A DNA stretch of 56,315 nucleotides from Octopus bimaculoides (Eukaryota), in assembly GCF_001194135.2 (NCBI RefSeq), contig NC_068994.1:29985807-30042121 (forward strand). The letters are read 5' to 3'. Positions 1-11,221 of this stretch are shown one piece after another. Numbering within the stretch: position 1 is the first letter of the stretch; every line of letters begins with the position of its first letter. The translations under genes and the position numbers were made by a program. The notes beneath the pieces are model-generated. The model did no database searches and had not been told where the DNA came from. It saw nothing but the letters and a program-made list of their open reading frames with translations.

Positions 1-10
1 ATATTAATAA

Positions 11-45
<35 letters not shown>

Positions 46-46
<1 letters not shown>

Positions 47-650
47 TAACTTCCTTCAAGAAACCTGCCAGCCACCTGTTCACCTACCAGTCTGGTGAGT
101 ACATTTGTCAGATTGACTACATTCTTGCCAGGAAACGAGAAAGCTGGCTACTTATAAATGCCAAAACTTTCCCAGGTGAAGAATGCACCCCACAACATAG
201 GTTAGTAGTTAGCAGTTTCAGGATCAGGGCTAAATGGTTGTCCAGAAGACAGCCAACATGGAAAAGGGCCTGGAAGCTTAAGGATCCTCTGAATGGACAG
301 AGATTTAGAGATGTATTACTTGAAGCTTTTGACAAAAAAGAAGAGTAAATAGTATCACATAATACAGAGGACAACTGGAGGTTCCTATGGGACAACCTGT
401 TGAGGGATATTGACCAGATCTATTGCTGGTGCAAAGTCCCATCTCGCCTGAAGGTAACATGGTGGTGAAACAATGTAGTGGACAGGACCATTAGGGAAAA
501 GAAACAGGCATGGAAGGATTGGAAGTGTGGTGATAGCAAGGAACTGTATCAGATTGCCAGAAGGGAAGTTAGAAGACAGGTTTGCTTAGCCAGAGGGGAA
601 GCAGATAAGAACAAATCTGCCTATGTTCTGCATTGTGAGGACCAGTGACT
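46..650 (+). mobile_element. Decayed RTE-clade LINE ORF fragment (end of AP endonuclease and linker)
   Basis: Translates FKKPASHLFTYQSGEYICQIDYILARKRE...FPGEECTPQHRLVV...WKLKD...TWW*NNVVDRTIREKKQAWKDW, with in-frame stops. Homologous to 35.9-36.3 kb. Confidence 0.85.
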
Positions 651-703
651 TGAAATTTTAAGGGGTTTCCATTATTTTGTCCAACCCCTGTATATATACA
701 CAC

Positions 704-852
704 ACAACAGGCTTCCATCTCCCAAATTCCACAAAGCTTTGGTTAGCATGAGACTATAGTAGAAAACATTTATCCAAGGTATCACACAATGGGACTGAAC
801 CCAGAGCTACGTAGTTGGGAAGCAAGCTTCTTACTACACATCCATGCCTGTA
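704..852 (-). mobile_element. SINE family A, 5' (tRNA-like) half only, CpG-decayed
   Basis: Reverse complement matches the head of the full copies at 28374 and 29204 (aagaagcttgcttcccaac...gggttcagtccca...ccttgg). Confidence 0.8.
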
Positions 853-1301
853 TGAAAATTGTTTCATAAATTCTTTTCCCGTGAAATTTGCAATCAAAAA
901 GTAGAATATCACCATCTTCTCTGTGAAAAAAAAAAATCATGGTAACAAAAGAAAGAATTTTAAAAAATAAGACACAAGACAAAATGCATCACTGAATACA
1001 CAACAATTTTAATGAATTTTCTTTATCATTTTGGCATGTCTATTCCCAACCCCCTAAATACATGTCTGAGTGATCAACATAACATAGAATATCTTTACAT
1101 AAAATAAATATATCAGCATGTTTTCCAAGATAAATATCAAAATGTTTCAGCATATTATATATTTATTTTTATATTTATATAATCTTTATTTTTGGCATTT
1201 GTAAATATTGATTGACAGAAAAACTTATATTTCACAGTTGAAATATAAACATATTTTTACACTAAAAGTGTTTTATATATATACACCACATATATATACA
1301 C

Positions 1302-1342
<41 letters not shown>

Positions 1343-1844
1343 CATAAGTGTTTATATATATAAAATTCACATACACATACAGTCTTAATTTTTTTTTGCA
1401 TATCTAAATATATGATGTGGATTTTTGTCTATATCATTTGTACATACGTGTGTGTGTGTGTGAGTGCATGTACACATGTGAAAACACATACACACACATA
1501 TATATAACCAATGTTTAAATTGGGGAGCAAAACAAATTATTAATATTATTTATCAGAATCTTTTAAAAATTTATTTGAAATCTTTGTGAGATTTATTGTT
1601 TCGTCTTAGGTCAGTCCTAATCCAAGAGTATAAATCTTCCTGTTTTCCTCATTCACAGAAAAATTAAGGCTTTTCCTGACTTTAAATATCATTTAACCTC
1701 AGTTCTCCTCAAAACACTCATGTTTGATGTAATGTTGACAATGACTAACATCTTTTGTCATTAGCTTCCCAAATGCTTGTAACTCTCACAGATCTTTACC
1801 AATGTACAGAATATCTCCTCAACAGTGAACCTCTGTAAAGTTGA

Positions 1845-2030
1845 TTAACCTGCTAGATATAGCAACCAAATCTCCTTCAAATTACACTTAATTAGCTGGA
1901 AAACAAGACAGATACATTGGATAATGTAACCCTAGATATCTTCTAAAAAGGACAGGATGGTGTCAGGTGGATCACATTTGATCCTAGATCTGCTGTATTA
2001 GAACTGACATGGAGCCAAACAATAAACCAT
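1845..2030 (+). repeat. Interspersed repeat family C (cctgctag...agcaaccaaatct...gatcataggtct...caa-rich tail); probable SINE
   Basis: Homologous segments at about 2485-2545, 4885-5065 and 20585-20770 (+), and 24170-24345 and 32425-32520 (-). Confidence 0.6.
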
Positions 2031-2574
2031 CTCATGATAAGGGTTTCAGTTATATTCTAAAATAGGATTTCTGATAATCTAGGAATTATTTGCAGCTCTG
2101 TTCTCCCATCTCAAATATGGCTTATATTTAAAAAGCAGAAGTTCCCAGCCATTCCTTCAGTTTGTGAACAAATTTCCAGTTAAAAAAACATGCAATGCAA
2201 ACTGATTTGTGGTGGCTTCAACTGAAAGACCCACATCCTCAATGTACCCTTTTGTTTACAAGGCCAAAATAAGGTTTAGCTCTGTGAAGAACTTAAATTT
2301 ACTTTATTGTGGTATGTTGTTCTTATATTTCCCCTATAAGGTCCAGTTTTTGTTGCAGTGTAGTGGCTTGTGTCTCTCAATGACCCTTAAATCTATGCCA
2401 GTGGAATGCAAACTCCTCGTAAGCCCTCATATACTGGAGAGTCAAAGGGTAGAGGCCAGACTAATATAGACCACCTTTTCACAGCGATTGACCTGCTATA
2501 TATAGTAACCAAATCCCTTTCAAATAACACTCAGATCCCTATCTAGGAAAAGCAAATTTACAGAAGCAAGACAA

Positions 2575-2662
2575 GGGAGAGGGACAGCCCAGAGTTGAGA
2601 ACAGTGGAGAAGCCACCAATGGCCTATACTTCATAAGGAGTAAAGGACTTAAGAAGTTAAGT
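2575..2662 (+). mobile_element. Possible RTE-clade LINE extreme 3' end
   Basis: Frameshifted translation TAQS*EQWRS../NGLYFIRSKGLK resembles the RTE C-terminal AQDRxxWRxxVxGLCxxxS motif. Short and degenerate. Confidence 0.4.
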
Positions 2663-3178
2663 TCCCATATTTAGAATAGTAGCAGAAATGTAGGGTGAAT
2701 TTAAAGTTGTAGAGAGCCAAGTCTGGAATTTCAAGTTAAATTCATAGATGAAACCATTTTACTTCACACTAATGTTTTTTAAGAAGTTCACTTTGCAGCT
2801 GCATTGTTACAGATTCAAGCTCACTGTCCAGTACTTTGGACAGGAATTTTCTACCATAGCCTACAGTTCACTGATGATTTGAGAGTAAAACTTGGCAGAT
2901 GGACTCCACGAAGAAACCTGTGTGTGTGTGTGTGTGTGTATGTGCGTGCGTGCATGTGTGTGTATGCACGCTCGTGTGTGTCTGTGTGTTTGTATATCTT
3001 TTTTCAATGTATATCAACAAAGATGTGAACATCGGTGAAAAAAGAAATGAATAAAATCCCTTGTAATATTTGTTCTGCATCAATTTGCAGACACTTTCTT
3101 TGTCAGAAATACAATAAAACTGTGATAAGTATGTCAGAAGCTTGTAACCAATAATGCTTTCTTTCACTCATTGCAATG

Positions 3179-3179
<1 letters not shown>

Positions 3180-3241
<62 letters not shown>
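3180..3241. repeat. (TA)n microsatellite, one of many (also about 18250-18312, 30040-30088, 43360-43412, 46105-46148, 56270-56315)
   Basis: Direct reading. Confidence 0.95.
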
Positions 3242-3246
<5 letters not shown>

Positions 3247-3369
3247 ACAATTAAAAGGGTAAAGGTTTATCAATTTATTAATAAATCAACAATTAATAAT
3301 TTTTACCAAGCCCTTCGGTATGTAAACACCATTATCGGTGGAGAACTTATTTAAAAGTTCTTATACATT

Positions 3370-3491
3370 TATAAACATAATTAAGGGATCAAGTAATGCT
3401 ATCTGTTGGAGTCTCAGCTTTTTTAGCTGCTATTTCTGAACTTTGGTATGTGGCGAAGCAAATGTTTGCTGATCCCTTAATTATGTTTATA
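3370..3491. mobile_element. Short element bounded by 22-bp perfect inverted repeats (MITE-like)
   Basis: tataaacataattaagggatca (3370-3391) / tgatcccttaattatgtttata (3470-3491). Confidence 0.6.
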
Positions 3492-4135
3492 TATATATAT
3501 ACATACACATCAATCTAATCACAAATATACTAGAAAAAGGCATTTATATCACACAATCTTATACCCATTGTTGTACATATATGAGGCCTTGTGGTTTTAT
3601 AAGTGGAGTCATTTTATATACATATATATATCTATATATATATATATATATATATACATTGTTTGTTTTACAGCTGATCTTTAGAAACATGTGTCAGTCA
3701 CACAATATCATTTATTCTCTCTGAGTTAATGAAAACATGTATGTCATTTCTAGATGTAGGTGTGTGTAGAGGTACTATGATTATGCATTCTGTATAGTTA
3801 ATACCCTCACATTTATCATTCCTTTGAGAAGATCCCTTCTGCTACCACTATTAACACCACCATCACTGCTCATTAAGTGAGAACAGACTGTTAATGTTTG
3901 ATTTTATGCCTGTTTATCAAACAATGAAATCAATTACTTGACATTTCATAATCAAAGAGAACTGGTGACCACCAATCTATTGATATCAGGGTTTTTAGCC
4001 TAAAATACTTCTTTTTTTTTTCTTCCTCACAACAAAATAATTTACTCTTTTTGTGAACTGTTTGCATTACCATTAACTGACAAGACACTGATGTGTTGCC
4101 TCGGGGCTCTATTGTTTCACTATTGGTATCAAGGT

Positions 4136-4347
4136 TTAACCCTTTAGCATTTAAACTGACCATATCTGGCACAATTATTCTACTTGTTTTATGTTCAACT
4201 TGATTAGATCCAGACTCTCACAACTACCCTACAATATCATTCTAAAAATAAACAATCACATCATTCAAAATCTTTAAGCTTCAATTCAAAACAATGTGAA
4301 TAAATAAGCATTACATTTGATTGAGTAATCTGAATGCTAAAGGTTAA
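4136..4347 (+). mobile_element. TTAA-flanked MITE family 1 (piggyBac-like ends)
   Basis: ttaa-ccctttagcatt ... aatgctaaagg-ttaa; homologous copies at 8038-8264, about 17465-17640 and 47735-47936. Confidence 0.75.
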
Positions 4348-5285
4348 GGAAGGATTGCGTTCATACCTTTCTTTCAGGGAACATCAGCAGTGTGACTGAA
4401 ATCAAATCACAAACCAACCTTGTTTGCCATGAGCTAACTATTTGTATAACAGTACTCACCATGTATTTCAGGTACATGCTAAGTGCTACCTAACGTTAAC
4501 TACAAGACTAATTCATAATGGAAACAAAAAAAACACCCAAATAATATTTTTGTTTCATTGAAGGAAAAAGTGGATGTAGTGGGGTTTTTATAATAATGAT
4601 ATGGCAAACTGAAGTGGTTTTGCTCAAACTGTAAACAACATTAGGAACTTTTTTGTTACTTTGCTATGCTAATTTATCATTTTTAAAATATTATACTTCA
4701 CTTCCAAGGAAAATGGGAAACTATTATCAAGCTAACCTACTGCCACAAATTATCTACAGCTATTGTTCTAACACTAAACTTTGCTCTCACTCTTTCTCTT
4801 TGACAGCACCATAGCATGTATAAATTCAAATCTTATAGAAACAGATTTATTCCCCCACCCACCTCAAACAGCCTCACCAACAAGGGAAACATGTGTATGA
4901 CCAATCAGTACACTAGAGATATAAACTGAACAGCTCCTTATTACCATGAAGAAAGAGAAGATACATTGCAGTGTGCAGTTCTAGATAACCTGAAAAAGTT
5001 GGAATGGTCACGGTTGGAATATTATTTGATCACAACTCCGCTCTGGGACTAAATAACAATAAAACGAAATAGTTATTTTTCTTTAATGGCTTCACCAGGA
5101 AGGGCAGTGAAATAGTGTTTTTCACTGGCACCATAACTGGTGGAAGGAAGGAAATTATCCTGACAATAACCTGACCTAAATGATTGTCACTAAATACACA
5201 TAAAAACCTGGTGGTGATGTCACACTGAGCAATGGATTAAGTCTACAGCCCCAAAACACAAAGTTTTAAAAGCAGTTCAAATATG

Positions 5286-5426
5286 TTTCCATCAACAAAA
5301 ATTTCAGGCTTTGGTCAATCCAAAAATAATAGTAATACACAATAACCCTAAGTGTCAATGAATGAGATTAGACCTACAACCATGTTGCTACCAAATTTCC
5401 TTCTTAACCACACATTCATGCCTGTA
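5286..5426 (-). mobile_element. SINE family A head, highly degenerate
   Basis: ctttggtcaa...cttcttaaccacacattcatgcctgta matches the family A 5' end. Confidence 0.55.
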
Positions 5427-5861
5427 CCCAAACTCAAGTCTCCAGGAGGTTGCACTGCATTTTTCTAATATTTAACAATGTAAAATTCTACCTAATTTTT
5501 ATATATTTCAATGAGACACAATTTTTATATATTTCAATCACTGCAGCAAGGAGTGGGTAACAATCCATGAGTATATACCATATAGTAATTACTGTTCCTA
5601 GTTTTATCAAGTGTGAAGGAAAAGAAGATGTAAAACTATAATACCAAACATAAGTAATTGATAAGAATTGTTTTGTCAAATGTGGTAAACATCAAGATGT
5701 TACATGAGTAAAAACCAGCCACTTGTATGGCTTTACAGCATTAGCAACCAACTGTATTTCACTAGCAACAATATATTGCATCAGCAACACTGTATTTCAT
5801 TAGTAGCTAGTTATACTGTCACTACATTGACAGTATTTTGAAAGTAGTGGATTAGCTGAAA

Positions 5862-6068
5862 TGTTAGCGAATGAGACAAAGTGCTCTGGGGTAGGCATTT
5901 CTTCAGGGTCATTAAATTCTGAGTTCAAATGCCACCAAGGTCAATTTGGTTTTTCATCCCTCCATGGTTGATTAAATGACACACCAGTCAAGTAATGCAG
6001 ACATGGATGGTATTAACTCACCAGCCCCAACCTCAAAATTGCTGTCATTGTATCATTATTAGAAGCAA
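5862..6068 (+). mobile_element. SINE family B (tRNA-like head plus Deu/Nin-like central domain)
   Basis: ctgagttcaaat B-box followed by a ggtcaatttg..tttcatcc...gat.aaa domain. Other copies at about 9076-9225, 28915-28980 and 55592-55808 (+), and 24995-25070 (-). Confidence 0.65.
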
Positions 6069-6569
6069 TATATCAATAACCTTCTACCAATATTCTAAGC
6101 ATTTACAGATTTTTGTTTCTCAATCCCTTAATCAATAGAGGAACAGCAGTAACTGCTGACTCTGTTAAGCACCTCCATGTGCAGTGGGAGGAAGAAATTC
6201 TTCTCAGGCTTGATACCTGAATGACTGCAACAGAATGGATTGTACTAAAGTCTTGGTGGAGGCAGTGACAGTGATGGTAATGGTTGGTAGTATTAAACCA
6301 TGCAATGGTTTAAGTCTACCATTGTCCCACATATTTTCTATCATCCACTCTACTAAATAACATCCACAAAGCCTTGGCCAATGCAAGCCCTTAGCAGATG
6401 ATTATGATGATGATGACAACAACCTTCAATGTGGTGATCAACCAATCCCAACCCATCATGATTCACAGTACATCTATTTGACCAAATACAAAACATGACT
6501 CAGAAGACCCCTATTCCAGTGATTTTCCCAAGTCACTAGCTCATCATCGGATGCTAATCCACCATAAAG

Positions 6570-6697
6570 TTACCCATTTGCAACTGAATGGACTGGAGCA
6601 ATGTGAAACAAAGTGATTTGCTCAAGGAAACAACTCACAGCTAGTCCGCAAATCAAAATCACAATCATGAGTGCAACACCCTAACCACTAGGCCACA
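6570..6697 (-). mobile_element. tRNA-derived SINE head (family D-related), degenerate
   Basis: Reverse complement begins tgtggcctagtggttagggtgttgcactc (A-box), then ccttgagcaaatcactttgtttcacattgctccag. Confidence 0.65.
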
Positions 6698-6956
6698 AGG
6701 AGTGTTATCAATGGAACAAAATGTTTATGTTAACCAATTAAGTAAACATAAGATTTTAATTCCTTTATTGACTTGCAATTTGAAGATCAGGTTGGGGTTT
6801 GTAATTAGAGAAAACACTGCATAGCTTAATCCTGTTTATTATGTAAACACAAATGATACACACACACACACGCATATATATATTTGTGTGTGTATGTATA
6901 CGTATCTATGTATATATACACACACAGCTATACACCTGCATACAGACATTTTTTAT

Positions 6957-7320
6957 GTTTAATTTGTTTCAGCCATTGGACTGCATTCATGTTGTGGCAC
7001 TGCCTTGAAGGGTTTAAATGAACAACTCAATCCCATACATATTTTTAAGTCTGGTAGTTATTCTATCAGTCTCTTTTGTCGAATTGCTAAGTTACGGGGA
7101 AATATACAAGCCAACACTGGTTGTCAAGCAGTAGTGGGGCACAAACACGATACACACACATGTATAAGATAGACTTTTGCACAATTTATGCCTACCAAAT
7201 CCACTCACAAAGTATTAGTCAGCCTGGAGCTATAGTAGAAGACTGGTGCTGTACAGTGGGACTGAACCTGAAACCACGTGGTTGCAAAGCGAGCTTCTTA
7301 ACCACACAGATCTGCCTTGT
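6957..7320 (-). mobile_element. SINE family A, full-length, old
   Basis: Both halves and the internal CA/TA spacer align to the 28374-28737 copy. Confidence 0.85.
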
Positions 7321-8037
7321 ATATATATATATGGCAATAAGAAAATGGAGGGGATAAATAGGTGGTATTCATCAACTTGCAGACATTGTATTATGTCAAT
7401 TTACTTGTTTATTAAGAGGACAATAATAACAATATACAAACACATGTACACACACACACACACACGCAAGTATATATTTATATATATAATACGCACACAC
7501 ATGTATGTATATATCTGTTAATTTATATGGAAGAAAATATACCTAAATATGGCTTCATTTCCTATGTGGTGACATGTACACTCTCTCTCTCTCACACATA
7601 CACACACACACCAATCAAAGACCATGTTTCAGGAAACATATTTGATCTAACATGCCAGCTGGTGTATATATATCAAACCTGACTTAATGTGTACAATCTA
7701 GGGACTTCTCAATAAATGGTTGGCTGAACTGAAGTCTCACAAGACACATCAGAACTAAACAAATATAAAATAAGAGGCTGTTGGACCCTCATTCGTCAAC
7801 ATTGACAGAAGAATATATATATGACTCTAGACACGTGCTATATATAATTGTATTGAGCATTTCTGTACCATAAAATAATCAAAAAGCTGTGTGCATGTAC
7901 ACACCCCCACACACACACAATGGCATCATTTCAAAAACAAGAACATATTGATAATTAAACCTTAATTATTTTTGTTTATTTAATCATGTTTCAAAAAGTC
8001 TAACGAATAGAAAGAATTTTCTATTATTTAAATGACT

Positions 8038-8264
8038 TTAACACTTTAGCATTTAAACCAGCTTTATACAGCCAAAATAGTGTATTTGTTCTATGTTTGA
8101 ACTGGCCAGATCTAACTTGCTACATCTACCCTACTCTGTCATTCTAAAAATAAATCATCACATCATCAAAATCTCAAAGCCATAAGATAATGTGTGATTA
8201 ATTCAAAATGATGTGAATAAAAAAGCATCACATTTGACAGAAAAATCTGACTGCTAAGGGTTAA
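8038..8264 (+). mobile_element. TTAA-flanked MITE family 1
   Basis: ttaacactttagcatt...ctgctaagggttaa; colinear with 4136-4347. Confidence 0.75.
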
Positions 8265-8495
8265 ACATGAATTTTTTAAAACATTTATTCAGTTCAATTA
8301 CTGATTTACCAATGATGTCATCATCACATAATGAAGAACATTTAAAGTATATTATTTTTCTAAAACTTGGTTGAGTAACTGTAATTTCTCAAAACAGAAT
8401 TACATCTCTGAGACTAAATCTATAAGTTTGACATTCCTGGATTCCCATTGTTGAATATTCATTTTGATCCGTTTCCATGGGTTTTTCTGTCACAT

Positions 8496-8717
8496 TTAAC
8501 CCTTCTGGTATCAAACCACCTGATACCACCCCTGGCTCTGTAGTACAAGTCTTGTTTTCAAAAGGTCTGAATTAAAATCTTTCACCAAAACTTAGTCTTA
8601 ATTTATGTTCCTAACACTAGCTTAATAATGACAAAGTTATTTTACTAAATTGTTTTATGTAAAATTAATTGAAATAAACAGAGTAACTCTACAAAAATAT
8701 GGTAACAAAAGAGTTAA
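8496..8717 (+). mobile_element. TTAA-flanked MITE family 2
   Basis: ttaacccttctggta...ggtaacaaaagagttaa; colinear with 10086-10304. Confidence 0.65.
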
Positions 8718-9695
8718 ATCTGTGGATTGTACTAGCTACTGCAGGACTCAGATTTCTTGGATTTAGACGACTTTCTTGAATATTCATGCAGTACACTTCA
8801 TGTAATATTGTAAAGACCGATAACTGACTCAAATGACTCTTGGCAACTAAAAATATGGATTGTGCTTTTCATGACACCCTTTATCTAATAAATATATAGA
8901 ATTTCCTTCTTTTCCAGACATGCAGCACCAAACTATGACACTGCTACTACTGTATTTAGCTACTGGAATTTTATACTTGGAGTGTGCAGTCAGCCACCAG
9001 AGTTGATTTCAGCTCATCTGTCCACAAGATTTTAGACCAAGCTGCCAATATCCAATTCTAATATGTTTGACTTAGTCATTCTGAGTTCAAATTCTGCCAA
9101 GCTCAACTTTGCTTTGCATCCTTTCAAGGTCAATTAAATACACAGCAATAGGATACTAGGATCGATGTAATCAACTATACCTATCCCACAAAATTTCAGA
9201 CCCTATGCCTATAGTACAAAGACATATAATATATATTATATATATTATAGCATATATTATAGCATAGTTATTAAAATGCAATATTGAGTACTAAAATTAT
9301 AATACATTTTCTAGAATGCTCTTAAATTAAATAGTTTTTTGTTTGTGGCTTCATCACTTCTGCAAGCACAGTAATTAAAATTCTCATGCTTGAACTTAAT
9401 CCATTTAAAAGATCAAAAGTTCTGTTTAATCATAGATCATTTGATTCATAATTGATTACATAAATACACTTCAATAATATTTAGATATTAGTGAATTAAG
9501 TAATGCCACCATTGTGTGTGTATGTCTACATGTGTATGTGTGCAAGTGTATGCATGTATATGTTATTCATATTTTATATATATATAAATATATTCCAGAG
9601 TAAGCACTTAAATGTGCAACAAGGTAGAAAAAAGAGTACTCAAATACCAGAGGTAGAGTAATATGCTTTATTTAAAAGCAGCAGAAATATAACAA

Positions 9696-9741
9696 AAAAC
9701 TGTTACTCGGAGTTTCACGTTCCCGTTCATCGGACAGTTTT
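9696..9741 (-). ncRNA. Minimal type I hammerhead ribozyme fold (U4C core variant)
   Basis: Minus strand reads AAAACUGU-CCGAUGA-ACG(GGAA)CGU-GAAA-CUCCGAG-U-A-ACAGUUUU: 8-bp helix I, 3-bp helix II, palindromic mini helix III and a GUA cleavage triplet. Confidence 0.75.
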
Positions 9742-9762
9742 GTTAGAAATGCCATTTCTAAC

Positions 9763-9808
9763 AAAACTGTCCAATGAACGGGAACATGAAACTCCGAGTA
9801 ACAGTTTT
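9763..9808 (+). ncRNA. Mirror hammerhead copy, core-mutated (G5A plus a helix II mismatch)
   Basis: AAAACUGU-CCAAUGA-ACGGGAACAU-GAAA-CUCCGAGUA-ACAGUUUU. Confidence 0.6.
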
Positions 9809-10085
9809 TTGTTATATTTCTGCTGCTTCTAAATAAAGTGTATATATATATATATATATATATATATGTCTATCTATCTATATTGTTAGATAAATAGGTA
9901 TATAAGATATAATTTACAGCATACATGTGTACAGTTAAAAATATATCTATACCCATATACAAATGCAAACATGTGACATACACACAAATATAAGTATCCA
10001 TGTGATTATGTCCAAATGTATGTTTATATATACATGCTTGTGTTGGTATATGTGTGTGTGTGAGTGAGAGAAACCTAGAGAGACC

Positions 10086-10304
10086 TTAACCCTTTCATTA
10101 CCAACCCGGGTGAAACCAGCTCTGGCTCTGAGTACAAATGTCTCGTTTTCATAAGTTTTGAATTAGAATCTTCCACCAAACCTTAGTCACAGTTTATGTT
10201 CCATTAGCTGAATGATAACTAAGTTATTTTACAAAATTCTTTGTTATATTTAACGTAATTGAAAGAAACACAGAACATCTCAAAATAAATACAGTAACGA
10301 GGTT
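10086..10304 (+). mobile_element. TTAA-flanked MITE family 2, right end damaged
   Basis: ttaaccctttcattacc...gtaacgaggttt; colinear with 8496-8717. Confidence 0.65.
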
Positions 10305-10585
10305 TTGGGATCTAATATGACATAAAGCTAAACCTTTTATGGACGTGAAACATAAGGCAATCCCATAAACTGGCCTTATCTAACTTTAATATATACTGCT
10401 CGATAGCTTAGAGTGTGCTTCTTTTTTCAGATTTATATTTTTACAGACGATATATATATGTGTGTGTGTGTGTGTGCATGTGTGTGTGTGTATGAGTGTT
10501 TGTGGGTGTGTGTATGAGTGTTTGTGTGTGTGTGTGTGTATATATATACAAGTATATATTAATACATATATACACATATATAAAG

Positions 10586-10616
<31 letters not shown>

Positions 10617-11036
10617 CTTTATTTCTAAATTATACTGCACCTTATACCTAGTCAAAAGAAATCATAATTTCTAAATTATATAAATACATCTTATACATTA
10701 GACATACATACAATATATATGTGATTGTGAGTGAGTGTAAAACATTAACATTGTCTTTGTATGTGTGTATACACATACACACACATATTTCCACACATTT
10801 GAGGCCAAACATGGGTGTGTATATGTGCACGTGTGTGTGTGTGTGTGCAATGCATTCACATGTATGAGTTGATATCATACCACATTCTAAAATTTCATTT
10901 AAAAAAACAAGTATGAATTTGAGAAAGAATCTTTGCAACACGTCTGATATTGGAGATCCTTTGATGGTGTTCCTTGTAAAAGGTAGAGTGGAGCAATCTG
11001 TATAAGTGATGAAACAATCCGTATCTATGGTTTCTA

Positions 11037-11042
11037 TTTATT
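11037..11042 (-). terminator. Candidate AATAAA polyadenylation signal for ZNF-A
   Basis: An AATAAA on the minus strand about 180 nt past the stop. Hexamer only. Confidence 0.3.
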
Positions 11043-11221
11043 CACATTTTCAAACTCTAACATAAGGAGATTGGTTTTTCTCTCCACTGTAGAGGTTGAG
11101 AATTTTAAGGAACTGGCCAACTGTTGAGGGATTATCCAGTGTCACAAACATGAATGTCTTGGCTTTCATAATTACATCTGCACTAGCTGGAAAGGTAATG
11201 TTTAATAACTTGCAGTCAGAC

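Larger units (their letters stand above)
9666..9838. repeat. 173-bp near-perfect palindrome (86-bp arms, 1-nt loop at 9752, 3 mismatches); probable inverted Penelope-type pseudo-LTR
   Basis: Arms compared base by base. Mismatches are one A/G and two CpG transitions. Confidence 0.95.

Noticed and set aside
8920-9006. Signal-peptide-like mini-ORF MQHQTMTLLLLYLATGILYLECAVSHQS* after a good plus-strand acceptor
   Set aside because: Only 28 codons, with no clear donor or downstream exon; expected by chance in 56 kb.
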